From NCBI GenBank assembly GCA_020060105.1, contig JAGVAV010000025.1, forward strand, positions 1-51,368: 51,368 bases of DNA. Direction: 5' to 3'. Source of the stretch: Candidatus Woesebacteria bacterium (lineage in GTDB: Bacteria > Patescibacteriota > Microgenomatia > Woykebacterales > 2-01-FULL-43-14). Made by a program: the position numbers and the translations under genes. The stretch's first letter is position 1; every line of letters starts with the position of its first letter. Below, piece by piece: positions 35,389-45,058 of the stretch. The notes below the pieces were generated by a model. The model was not told the DNA's origin. It worked only from the letters and a program-made list of their open reading frames with translations, and ran no database searches.

Positions 35389-35447
35389 TGGTAGCACAAT
35401 AGGTTGTGGTCCTGTTAGCGGGGGTTCGATTCCCCTACGTCTCCCCA
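35373..35447 (+). tRNA. tRNA-His(GTG)
   Basis: G-1:C73, GAGGCGT/ACGTCTC acceptor, ATAGG-TTGTGGT-CCTGT, CCA. Confidence 0.95.
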
Positions 35448-35468
35448 TATTAGTTAAAGTCGCTGCCT

Positions 35469-36707
35469 ATGAAAAAAGTCTTTTTTACCAAGGTTCTTAG
35501 TCTCTTTAGTTTTCGAAATGTCACTTTCCTCGTGATCTTAATCCTTTTCTCCGTTTCCAGCTACTACCTTTGGAATAATAAAGTCCAACTTGAATCTCAG
35601 GTAAACTCTTTAAACTCCAGCTATCAGCAACTCCAGAAAAACTACCAACAATCCCTGGATCAAGACCAAATCTACCAACTGGAAAAAATCAAACTTGAGG
35701 AGTCCAAACGCCAAGTTGAAGAGGAGTATGAAAAATTAAAATCTGACGCCAGCAAAGAAAAACTGGCCAAAATCGAAGAGATCTTCCAGCTCTACCAAAG
35801 TGCTATTTCCAAGATTGACCGAAACAATAAAGTCAAGGTTGATAATACTGAGGTCACTGGGCAACTCAATGATTGGGGACAAAAGTTTCTCAAGCAGGAC
35901 TTTGGCTCCCTGAAAGAGACTATTACCCAGGCTAACACTAATCTAGACAAAAAGTATCAGGAGTACTTGGCTTCCCTCCCGCCTCCGGAACCGCCAAAAC
36001 CAGCCCCCGCTCCAGCCGCCGGCTACAGCTACCAATCTGTCTCGACAAGCCGAGGAAATTATAACGTTCATCTGATCAAGATGTCTCTTTCAGAGGTTAG
36101 AGTCAAAACCATCACCGCTAACGAAAGCGATTGCACGAATAACTGCCCGGCCAAACCTCTGGCTGATTACGTCAAGGAAAACGGGGCTTACGCCGGAATC
36201 AACGGGACATATTTTTGTCCGCCGGACTACTCCGCTTGCAGCGGAAAAACCAATTCCTATGATTTCACCATCTTTAATTCCAACTTGGGAAAGTGGATTA
36301 ACGCCCATAATCTAAACTGGAACAGCCCGGGGTTGGCGACCTTTAACGGTAGCGAAGCGCATTTTTACGCCAAAACAACCGATTACACCGGAAACACCGT
36401 CACCGCGGCAATTTCCAACTACTTTGGCCTCCTTTCGAACAATAATGTCGTGGTTAGCGAATCTGTTTTGACTTCCGCCCAAAAAGTCAAGGGGACCCGC
36501 GGGGCCCTCGGCACTGACGGAACTAATGTTTATCTTGCCACCATCTCCAATGCCACGGTCATCGATGCCGCTTACGTCATGCAGGCGCTGGGAGCAAAAG
36601 ACGCCCTAAACCTGGATGGGGGAGGCTCATCGGCGATGTATATTGGCGGTTCCTACAAAGTCGGTCCCGGCCGACTTCTTCCCAACGCCATTGTTTTAGT
36701 TAAGTAA
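35469..36707 (+). CDS. membrane-anchored coiled-coil protein with phosphodiester glycosidase (NAGPA-like) domain
   Basis: TM, coiled coil, Pro linker, AGINGTYF and ALNLDGGGSS motifs. Confidence 0.88.
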   Translation: MKKVFFTKVLSLFSFRNVTFLVILILFSVSSYYLWNNKVQLESQVNSLNSSYQQLQKNYQQSLDQDQIYQLEKIKLEESKRQVEEEYEKLKSDASKEKLAKIEEIFQLYQSAISKIDRNNKVKVDNTEVTGQLNDWGQKFLKQDFGSLKETITQANTNLDKKYQEYLASLPPPEPPKPAPAPAAGYSYQSVSTSRGNYNVHLIKMSLSEVRVKTITANESDCTNNCPAKPLADYVKENGAYAGINGTYFCPPDYSACSGKTNSYDFTIFNSNLGKWINAHNLNWNSPGLATFNGSEAHFYAKTTDYTGNTVTAAISNYFGLLSNNNVVVSESVLTSAQKVKGTRGALGTDGTNVYLATISNATVIDAAYVMQALGAKDALNLDGGGSSAMYIGGSYKVGPGRLLPNAIVLVK

Positions 36708-36748
36708 GTCTTGCTAACCAGGCAAGGAAAATAGTAAAATTAGACTTG

Positions 36749-37986
36749 ATGTATTACACTACCTCGCCCAGATTTAACCTCGTCAGCGTTATCAAAACAT
36801 TTTTAATTGTCACGACTCTCGTGGGCATCCCTATTTTCATCACCCATCTTTACAACAAGAGCATCGAGCTGGAACACGCTACCAAAAATATTTCCAAAAG
36901 CTATGAGCAACTTGAATACGATTACATGGCTATCCTGGAAACAGAGCACCTAAAAAGTTTAGAAAACATCAAATTAGCCGAAACTAAACAAAGGTTAGAA
37001 GAAGATTACCAAAACTTAAAATCTCAGGTTAGTTCCGGCAATCAAGAGAAAATCGACTCCGTCCACAAACTCTACAAAGAAGTGCTGGAAAAATTAGAAA
37101 GAAACAATAAAGTCAAAATTGACACTAAAGCCGTGAGCGATCAAGTTACCGACTGGGGCGTCAAATTCTTAAACCAAGATTACGATAACCTTCAGCAATC
37201 ACTTGCCCTAGCCAAAGAAAATCTCGATAAAAAACACCAAGAATACTTAGACTCCCTGCCAAAACCCAAACCCAAGTCCGAGCCCATCCCTGCCCCAGGC
37301 TATAATTATCAAACCGTCAGTAACAGCCGGGGACACTTTGGCGTTCATCTAGTGAAGATGCCTTTAAGTGAGGTAGCCATTAGAACCACCGCCGCCAACG
37401 AAAACGACTGCGCAAACGATTGCCCAGCCAAACCTCTGGCTGATTACGTCAAGGAAAACGGGGCTTACGCCGGAATCAACGGGACATATTTTTGTCCGCC
37501 GGACTATTCTTCCTGCAACGGCAAAACTAATTCCTACGATTTTGCTTTTTTCAACTCCAATAAAGGAAATGGTTAAATACCCAAGCTCTGCCTTGGCAAA
37601 GCGTCGGAATGGCCACCTTTCACGGCCAAGACGTTCGCTTCTACGCCAAAGGATCCGACTACAAAGGGGATAAGGTCACCGCCGCTATCTCCAACTACAT
37701 GAGCCTACTAAGCAATGGCGAAGTTCTGATTGGGGAAGAAAGCCTAACTTCCGCCCAAAAAGTCAAAGCGGTCCGAGGGGCTATCGGTACAGACGGAACC
37801 CATATCTATTTAGCGATTATTTCCGGAGCCTCCGTCCTTGACACCGCTTACGTGATGCAAACCCTTGGGGCTAAAGAGGCCCTTAACCTTGACGGCGGTG
37901 GTTCGGCAGCTCTCTACGTCAACGGCTCATACCGGGTTGGCCCCGGCCGAGTGCTTCCTAACGCGATCGTTTTAGTCAAAATCTAG
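36749..37986 (+). pseudogene. NAGPA-like paralog split by a 1-bp deletion at about 37567-37569
   Basis: Restoring one A gives FNSNKGKWLNTQALPW, aligning with FNSNLGKWINAHNLNW of the upstream paralog and joining ORFs 36746 and 37609. Confidence 0.85.
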
Positions 37987-38073
37987 ACACCTGGTTTCAT
38001 CACTCTTCTCCCGCATTATCCGATCAATAACGCCTCTGATCCACCTGCCCCTTTTCGGTCTCAAAATACTCCT

Positions 38074-38200
38074 TGTCGTTGCGAGGATTCGGCAAAGCTA
38101 CGTACCGAAATGGTACTGTAGCAAAGCCGGAGACGAAGCAATCTCAAGCGGTTTGCGATTGCCGCGCTCTCCGCCAGTTGGTGGGTCGCTCGCAATGACA
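38074..38200. repeat. branched palindromic element (GTCATTGCGAG...CTCGCAATGAC type)
   Basis: TGTCGTTGCGAG...GAAGCAATC...GATTGC...CTCGCAATGACA with nested hairpins. Confidence 0.7.
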
Positions 38201-38311
38201 GAAGCTGCATTAGTTTCAAATTCAGTAAGTGCAAGTGAGTCAGCTAAACGCCTAATTTTTCAATGTTTTACTAGACAAGTTAGCTTTTGTTTGAGATAAT
38301 CAACACAAGCC

Positions 38312-40741
38312 ATGCCAAGATTGGTCTTAGTTGCTGTTATTGTTATTTCTTTGATTACTCTTGCTGCCGCAATCTACTTTGGGGCCTTTAATCCTTCCTA
38401 TCTTTCTCAAGCTTCCGCTCAAACTAACCCTCAAACTTACTATGTATCACCCACCGGATCCGATACCAACTCCGGTACCTCAGAAACCTCACCTCTTGCC
38501 ACCTTTAATAAAGTCTGGACAGTTATTAAGCCCGGGGACACTTTGATCTTGCTTGACGGGGTTTACTATCAGCAATTCAGGCCAACAGTAGCAGGAACTG
38601 CCCAAGCCCCGATTACCATTAAAGCTAAAAATGACGGTAAAGCCACTATTGACGCTGAGTTTAAATATAACGCTTTTGTTTTCCCAACTGATCACACCTT
38701 TCCCAGCCCTGATGCTTACTATGTTATTGAAGGGATAAATGCCCGAAATGGTATGTACGCCACCTTTGAGATTCAAAAAAGCCATGTTACCCTAAGACGA
38801 ATTCATGCATATAACACAGCGGAAGACTGGGATGTCGTTCAGGCCGGAGGAACCGGGTTTGAAGCTCAGCATCCTATCCATGTTAGTAGAGGCTCAAACA
38901 TCCTCATAGAAGATTGTATTACCTCAGGATCAGGGAGTAAGATGCTTAAGGTTATTCGAGCGCAAAATGTAACCGTCAGAAGATGCATTACGGACTGGCG
39001 CTGGATGGAAGCCCACACGGATCATAACCTTTGGCCCTGGAGCGGAGGATTAAATGTTTACCACACTTACCAGGATACCTTTGAAAACATTATCTCAGTC
39101 AGAAATATCGCTTCTCAGTATGGAATAAACTTTCATGGGGTGGAAAGAGATGATCACCCGGATCCAGTTGATGGAAATAAGTATCTTGGTTCTGTTATCA
39201 TTGGCACCGGTTATACTCCGGATGGGCAGTTATATGATTGGGGTCCTATCCGGCCTCAACCAAATACCGCCAATCAGTTGGATAACACTTTTGATTTTAC
39301 AGGTTGGGGAGGGATGCGTCCAGGATTTGCTATTGGTGACGGGATTAAAGACACTCTTTGGCAGGACATCTTAGTTTACGGTAATGCCGGGTTAGCTTTT
39401 GACCGATCCGACAGAACTACTATTTCTACTAATAACCGGATCGTTAACGCTACCTTTGTCAACAACGGTTTGGCGGCAAACACTTATAACGGCGGAGTAG
39501 GCAGTGAAGTGGATTTTCGGGATTGGGGAGCGGATATGAGCATTACTGGTTCCTTTATTGAAGGAGACTCCAATCACACCGGTCCGGGAGCCGATATCCG
39601 GTATAAATACGTTGACGGGGTCAAAACTAATGAAAGTTTATGGCCTTGGCCATTGGAGCAAAGAGTCAGAGATGAGCTGGGTTATTCCGTAACCAACATG
39701 GTAGCAGAGGTCACGGAGGATTTATATAACAAAGGCCACCTGTCGTATAAAGTTGATCGGGTGGCGGATATCCCAAGGCCGGTTTTGGGCACTGATAAAA
39801 CTTATTTGCCTTTTGTCAAAACCACCATTGGAAGCTCTTCTGTTCAGACTTTAACCGTCAGAAATTCCGGAGACGGGGATTTAATCGTCAGTAACATTAA
39901 AATTACCAATGATTTTAAACCTGAGGCTTTTTCTCTGGCCACCACCGGCACTTGTCCCACTGCTTATCCTTTCACCATTTCGGCCAACTCCTCATGCACT
40001 ATCGATGTTTTATTCTCTCCTTCAAGTTTGATTTTTTATCCCGGCAGGATTAAGATCTTTCCCGGAAACTTAGGAGCAGTAGGGCATCCTCATATTGTTT
40101 CTGTCTTAGGGGTAGGCCATCCCACAACTTCCACAGTTACCTTGCCGGGAAGGGTAGAGGCAGAATATTACACTAATGGTTATGACACTACTGCCAATGT
40201 TATCAGAACCAACTTACCCGGTTTTGATCAAGGGGTTGATGTCCGGGCCACCATAGATTCTGGTAATTACGGCCTTAAAGTAGGCATTACCAGCACCGGG
40301 GAATGGCTGGAATATCCGGTTTCAGTGTCCCAGTCCGGTCCCTACATAATAGTTGCCAGGACTTCTTCCACCGATACCACCCGCAGCAAACAGTTTAAAG
40401 TTTTACTTGACGGCCAGGTTATTGCCACCTTTAACCCTCCTTACACTGGAGGCTGGAATACCTTTACCGATACAACTTTAAATAATATCAGCCTTCCCAG
40501 CGGCAGTCACACCTTAAGGATCTCTTTTGACAGCGGCTACTTTGATCTTAATTATCTTGACTTTCTCTCGGAGACTCCTCCCTCGGCTGATTTAAATAAC
40601 GATAATTTAGTAAACAGCACTGACGCGGCGATTCTTTTTAACAATTGGTTTAATCCCGCGACTTCCTCGGCTGATATTTATTCAGATACTAAAGTTAATG
40701 GCCTAGATTTTAGTTACCTGAAAAGAGACTGGAAACCATGA
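38312..40741 (+). CDS. secreted beta-helix (pectin-lyase-like) protein with Ig-like domain, CBM6/35-like module and C-terminal dockerin-like domain
   Basis: Signal ASA-Q; YYVSPTGSDTNSG; beta-helix repeats; RVEAEYY..GEWLEY..TGGWNTF; DLNNDNLVN...D and DIYSDTKVN...D EF-hand pair. Confidence 0.85.
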   Translation: MPRLVLVAVIVISLITLAAAIYFGAFNPSYLSQASAQTNPQTYYVSPTGSDTNSGTSETSPLATFNKVWTVIKPGDTLILLDGVYYQQFRPTVAGTAQAPITIKAKNDGKATIDAEFKYNAFVFPTDHTFPSPDAYYVIEGINARNGMYATFEIQKSHVTLRRIHAYNTAEDWDVVQAGGTGFEAQHPIHVSRGSNILIEDCITSGSGSKMLKVIRAQNVTVRRCITDWRWMEAHTDHNLWPWSGGLNVYHTYQDTFENIISVRNIASQYGINFHGVERDDHPDPVDGNKYLGSVIIGTGYTPDGQLYDWGPIRPQPNTANQLDNTFDFTGWGGMRPGFAIGDGIKDTLWQDILVYGNAGLAFDRSDRTTISTNNRIVNATFVNNGLAANTYNGGVGSEVDFRDWGADMSITGSFIEGDSNHTGPGADIRYKYVDGVKTNESLWPWPLEQRVRDELGYSVTNMVAEVTEDLYNKGHLSYKVDRVADIPRPVLGTDKTYLPFVKTTIGSSSVQTLTVRNSGDGDLIVSNIKITNDFKPEAFSLATTGTCPTAYPFTISANSSCTIDVLFSPSSLIFYPGRIKIFPGNLGAVGHPHIVSVLGVGHPTTSTVTLPGRVEAEYYTNGYDTTANVIRTNLPGFDQGVDVRATIDSGNYGLKVGITSTGEWLEYPVSVSQSGPYIIVARTSSTDTTRSKQFKVLLDGQVIATFNPPYTGGWNTFTDTTLNNISLPSGSHTLRISFDSGYFDLNYLDFLSETPPSADLNNDNLVNSTDAAILFNNWFNPATSSADIYSDTKVNGLDFSYLKRDWKP

Positions 40742-42303
40742 AAGTAAAAGAAAGAAAGTTAATCTTTCTAATTAAATCATTTAACCTAAAGAAAATCTTT
40801 GTGTTGATAGTGGTATTAACCATAACCTTAACGATAACTTACGTTTTAAGATCAAAAAGTAACACCTCTCTTGAAGTTTCCCCTCCCGTTTTAGCTCAGA
40901 CCTCTCCTAATGATTGGCCCCAAGTCCAAAAAGATCCTCAACACACTGGATTCTCTTCTGAAACTTTAGGGACTAATTTCCAAGTAGCCTGGACTTATCC
41001 TTTCCAACCAGACAGAGTTCATCCTCAAGTCCAAGCGATAATTTACAGAGGTAAAGTATTTATTGGAACTGAAGGAGCAAATGGACAAAAACCAAGACTA
41101 ATTGCCATCAGTGCCGGTTCAGGAACAGGAGCAGGACAAAAGGTTTGGGAATATGAAGCAGGAGGACCAATCTTAAATTCTGCGGCAGCAGATAACGGCA
41201 TGGTTTACTTTGCCTCCTTAGATGGGGCTGTTTATGCCATAGACTCTGATACAGGTACTCAGGTTTGGAAGAACCAACTCATGCAATTCTTGGGTTTTTC
41301 CTCAGCTCCGATTTTGGCGGAAAATAAGATATTTATTGGGGGGCAGGATGGTAGGTTTTATGCTTTGGATACTAACAATGGAAATACTCTCTGGTCTTAT
41401 GACACCGGCTCTCCGATTTTAATGACTGCTGCTTATAATCAAAATAAAGTTTATTTTGGAGCTCAGAATATGTATGTTTATGCCCTTGACACTGCAAGTG
41501 GATCACTTGTTTGGAAAAGCCAAAAGATATTAGGTGGTTCATTTAAGGAATATTGGCCAGTTATTCACCAAGGAAATGTTATTATTCGGCCGATGTCCAG
41601 AACCTGGATGCCGGGAGTTGAACCGGGCTCGCCCTTCCAATGGGGGTTAAACAGCTCAAACTGGGATTGGCTATCCCAGTGGGGATCAACAATTTCAGCC
41701 GGAAATGCAAGCCAAGTGCCAGATATAATGAGTGCCCAAGACACAGTAATAAGTAACTATCAAGCTAATCCGAATAACTACACTAAGAGTTTATACATCT
41801 TAGATGAGAGTACTGGAGGGGAAGCTATGGTTGTACCTCATTCTTCAGATCAAACGATGGATGGTCAAACTACTCCCCCTTGTGTAGATCGGGATGGAAA
41901 CCTGGTTATGCCCTTAATGTTTATTGCTAGCGGTTGGGGAAGATTAAGCTTAACTCAACAAAGATTTATTGACATTTTATATGATGGAACTGACTATCGA
42001 GGTCAGCCTGTTTCCAGTACTACAGTTTCTAATCAAGTGGCCGGATTTGGCAACGGAGATGAAAATATGCAGGTTAGTTGTACTGCAAATATGGTCCTCG
42101 GTTTCCATATTCAGGAAGAGAATGCAAATTACACAGGATACTTTAACTTGGACACCAGACGTTGGACTCGGGTAAGTGCTGGTCATCTAAACAAAGAGAT
42201 GAGTCACAATACTCAGGGTGGGGGAGGCAACCCGCCCTCTGTTTCAAACGGGATGGTATACCATGTTAGCTGGCACAATTTAATTGCTAGAAAGACAAAC
42301 TAA
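40738..42303 (+). CDS. secreted PQQ-type beta-propeller repeat protein
   Basis: WPQVQKDPQHTG; repeated VYA(I/L)D..TG...W blades. Confidence 0.88.
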   Translation: MKVKERKLIFLIKSFNLKKIFVLIVVLTITLTITYVLRSKSNTSLEVSPPVLAQTSPNDWPQVQKDPQHTGFSSETLGTNFQVAWTYPFQPDRVHPQVQAIIYRGKVFIGTEGANGQKPRLIAISAGSGTGAGQKVWEYEAGGPILNSAAADNGMVYFASLDGAVYAIDSDTGTQVWKNQLMQFLGFSSAPILAENKIFIGGQDGRFYALDTNNGNTLWSYDTGSPILMTAAYNQNKVYFGAQNMYVYALDTASGSLVWKSQKILGGSFKEYWPVIHQGNVIIRPMSRTWMPGVEPGSPFQWGLNSSNWDWLSQWGSTISAGNASQVPDIMSAQDTVISNYQANPNNYTKSLYILDESTGGEAMVVPHSSDQTMDGQTTPPCVDRDGNLVMPLMFIASGWGRLSLTQQRFIDILYDGTDYRGQPVSSTTVSNQVAGFGNGDENMQVSCTANMVLGFHIQEENANYTGYFNLDTRRWTRVSAGHLNKEMSHNTQGGGGNPPSVSNGMVYHVSWHNLIARKTN

Positions 42304-42304
42304 A

Positions 42305-45058
42305 ATGAAAGATGAAATTAAGATCCAAAAATCAAGAATTAGAAAAGGTTATTTTATTACACTATTTCTGATTCCTTTGTTCATTGTTTTCTACTCGCTA
42401 TTAACTTCTCCGGTTCAAGCTCAAGTAGTTGATACTACAATTTGGCAAGAAAAAGCTACTGGTTTAAGCACAACAAGTAACACCGACCAAAAAACAGCTG
42501 GATTAATGATCACCGTTAAAGCTTCCAGCGTCCCGACTCTTAATCTACAAGGAGGAGTGTTTGAGTCACTCAACAGGGTGGCTGGCCCGGTGGGAATAGA
42601 ATTAGGAGAGGTAAAAGTCTCTGGTACTACTCCCATCCTGATTTCACAATTAGTCGACTGGGCTCACAATGAAATGACTTTTTCAGAAAACATAAAGCTT
42701 TGGGTAAGTAGAATGTCTCCTGCAGTGCTTATTCAAAGCCAAAACTCAAGCTTAACAATTTTCTCTGGTAATGTGGGAGGAGTGGTGGTAAGTCCCAGTC
42801 AATGGCCGCCTTATCCTCTGGAAATTAACAACCGTACGCCATCTCCATCTTACCCGAAGTGGGTAGCTTATTCCTCAGGTGGTAATATTCAGGTGAGACA
42901 GCTATCTTCTGCAAATATTGTTTTACCTGCTCTTGATAACAATTGGCTATTATTTTGGTATGGCAGTAATTCACATTTTGCTGAAACCAAAGTGCCTATT
43001 TCTTTCTCTGATGGAGGATTATCCAGTGTTATTCCTCACAGTGATGCTTACTTGGCTGATGCCCCCATGTTGTTAAAATTTGAAAACAATCCTACTTCTA
43101 TTATCCAGTCTCCAGAAGGAGGAATAGATTTAACCTTTAGTACTAACAGTGGCTATACTTCCATACTTCCTTTATATGGCAGAGAACACTTAAGAGCCTC
43201 AGATACAGAAGGGTGGGGAAGTAGTGGGACACTACCACAAGAAGTTATTCAAAAGATTAACTTTTGGACAGACAGACTTTGTTCTTATCCTACCCAAGTT
43301 TCAGAAACTTACTCTTATGATCCAAATACTGATACTTCCACCATTACCGAAAATATTACCTTCCTGCCTGTGTGTTCCTCTGGTTCAACAGGCACACCTT
43401 TTTCTATACTGCCTCCGATGATGGCTTTAACTATGACAACTCCTGATCAGCAGGGTAATACCAATCCCTTAAATATCCAAATCAGTGGTGGAACACCAAT
43501 AAATGCCAATTATCCGACAGAATTTGGACCTCTCCTTGGTTTGGATAATGCTAATAGCTATTCTTGGTCAATTGCTGGTCTAAAGAAATACTCCGATAGT
43601 AAACGTACTTTAACTAACTTAGGCTCTATCCCCAGTGAAGTTCTTCAAAAGCTATCTTCGGAAGTAGATAAGATAGTGCAGGCAGGACACTACCAACCAT
43701 GGATGTTTGTTGACCGATTACCTCATTCGCCGATAATCGGTGACGTTTACTTTTCAAACCCCGGAGATATTCTTTACCATTTAACCGAGGTGGTAGAAGT
43801 TTTACAGGAACCACTAAAGACTAATTTGATTAATTATCTAAAAAGTGAGCGAAATGTTTACCCTCCTGAAACAGTGTTTAACCTTCCTGTTGACGGTACG
43901 TTGCGTGATCATTTTGCTTTTAGGGGCACAGATCCGTCTAATGTACCCAATACTAACTGGTATCAAAGGTGGCAAAACGATCGCAAGCAATTGTTTTATA
44001 AAAAAGTTCCTCTTTATAATTTGTATGCCTTATCGAGATACTACCAAGTTACGGGTGAGAACATTCCACCCTCGTTAATTGATCAGGCTTATATGATTTT
44101 AAACCAAAATATGGTTGAACAGGACTGGGCCTCATTCACGTGGTTTAAAGGCTTTGGAGAAAAAAGAGTTGCTGTTTGGAATGCTAATCTGCATCTATCA
44201 GGATTAATCGGTTATGTTCAGTTAGCTAAGGCTTTGGCTGATATTCCGGCTGAAAATCTAGGAAGAAGTTTACTGGCAAAGGCCTTAGTCTCACGTATAT
44301 CTATGGCTAAATATCCTCGGTATCTTTACTCTTCCGGATTAACAGTTTTACCTCCTGATCCCGCTTGGCAACCTAAGTACGCATCTAATAACTGGATCGC
44401 TTGGGGATATATTTATGATTATAACTGGACAAACTCCTATGATGATCATCTACAAGTCACTTTACAGGATCAGTTTGGCACCTACCTTTACGACAGCACC
44501 GGTTACATGGGACCAGGCGGATGGGTTTCATCTGATTGGGGTGCTGAAGGAAATAAACTAGCTGCTTATTCAGATCTAGTCCCAGAAGCTTTTCGAGTTC
44601 TAACTGATTATATTAAAACTGATTTTGAGATTTATCTTAAAAACTTTACTGTATATTCTCCTCAATGGTACGTAGCTTTTGCTGAAGCAATTATAGGTGC
44701 AGAACACAACCTAAGCTACCCCACTGATTCCTTCCAGATATTCATGGCTAAAGCTTTTCTGGAGAGAGATAATGCTCAGAATCTCCACAGTTATACATCT
44801 ATTCCTTGGTTAGAGAGTGGTGATTTCTTTTACATGCATAAATTGGCGGAAACGATTAAGGCTTATCAGGGTTGGAGTTGGGAAGATGAGTTAAAGTCTC
44901 CTTCAGATATTAGTGGTGATGGCTCAGTTAGTCTTGAAGACGCCCTCGAATTATTTAATAACTGGTTTAGTTTAAGAAATTCTAACGCCGATATTTTTAA
45001 AGATAATCGGGTTAACGGAATTGATTTTAGTTACCTCAAAAGAGACTGGAAACCATGA
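42305..45058 (+). CDS. large secreted protein of unknown function with C-terminal dockerin-like domain
   Basis: Signal VQA-Q; aromatic-rich helical region; DISGDGSVS...DIFKDNRVNGIDFSYLKRDWKP; likely start ATG 42305. Confidence 0.8.
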   Translation: MKDEIKIQKSRIRKGYFITLFLIPLFIVFYSLLTSPVQAQVVDTTIWQEKATGLSTTSNTDQKTAGLMITVKASSVPTLNLQGGVFESLNRVAGPVGIELGEVKVSGTTPILISQLVDWAHNEMTFSENIKLWVSRMSPAVLIQSQNSSLTIFSGNVGGVVVSPSQWPPYPLEINNRTPSPSYPKWVAYSSGGNIQVRQLSSANIVLPALDNNWLLFWYGSNSHFAETKVPISFSDGGLSSVIPHSDAYLADAPMLLKFENNPTSIIQSPEGGIDLTFSTNSGYTSILPLYGREHLRASDTEGWGSSGTLPQEVIQKINFWTDRLCSYPTQVSETYSYDPNTDTSTITENITFLPVCSSGSTGTPFSILPPMMALTMTTPDQQGNTNPLNIQISGGTPINANYPTEFGPLLGLDNANSYSWSIAGLKKYSDSKRTLTNLGSIPSEVLQKLSSEVDKIVQAGHYQPWMFVDRLPHSPIIGDVYFSNPGDILYHLTEVVEVLQEPLKTNLINYLKSERNVYPPETVFNLPVDGTLRDHFAFRGTDPSNVPNTNWYQRWQNDRKQLFYKKVPLYNLYALSRYYQVTGENIPPSLIDQAYMILNQNMVEQDWASFTWFKGFGEKRVAVWNANLHLSGLIGYVQLAKALADIPAENLGRSLLAKALVSRISMAKYPRYLYSSGLTVLPPDPAWQPKYASNNWIAWGYIYDYNWTNSYDDHLQVTLQDQFGTYLYDSTGYMGPGGWVSSDWGAEGNKLAAYSDLVPEAFRVLTDYIKTDFEIYLKNFTVYSPQWYVAFAEAIIGAEHNLSYPTDSFQIFMAKAFLERDNAQNLHSYTSIPWLESGDFFYMHKLAETIKAYQGWSWEDELKSPSDISGDGSVSLEDALELFNNWFSLRNSNADIFKDNRVNGIDFSYLKRDWKP

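Noticed and set aside
34789-35447. Group I intron carrying the HNH inside tRNA-His
   Set aside because: No room for, or sign of, P/Q/R/S core elements. The downstream tRNA is already complete, and the upstream half cannot pair with its 3' half.
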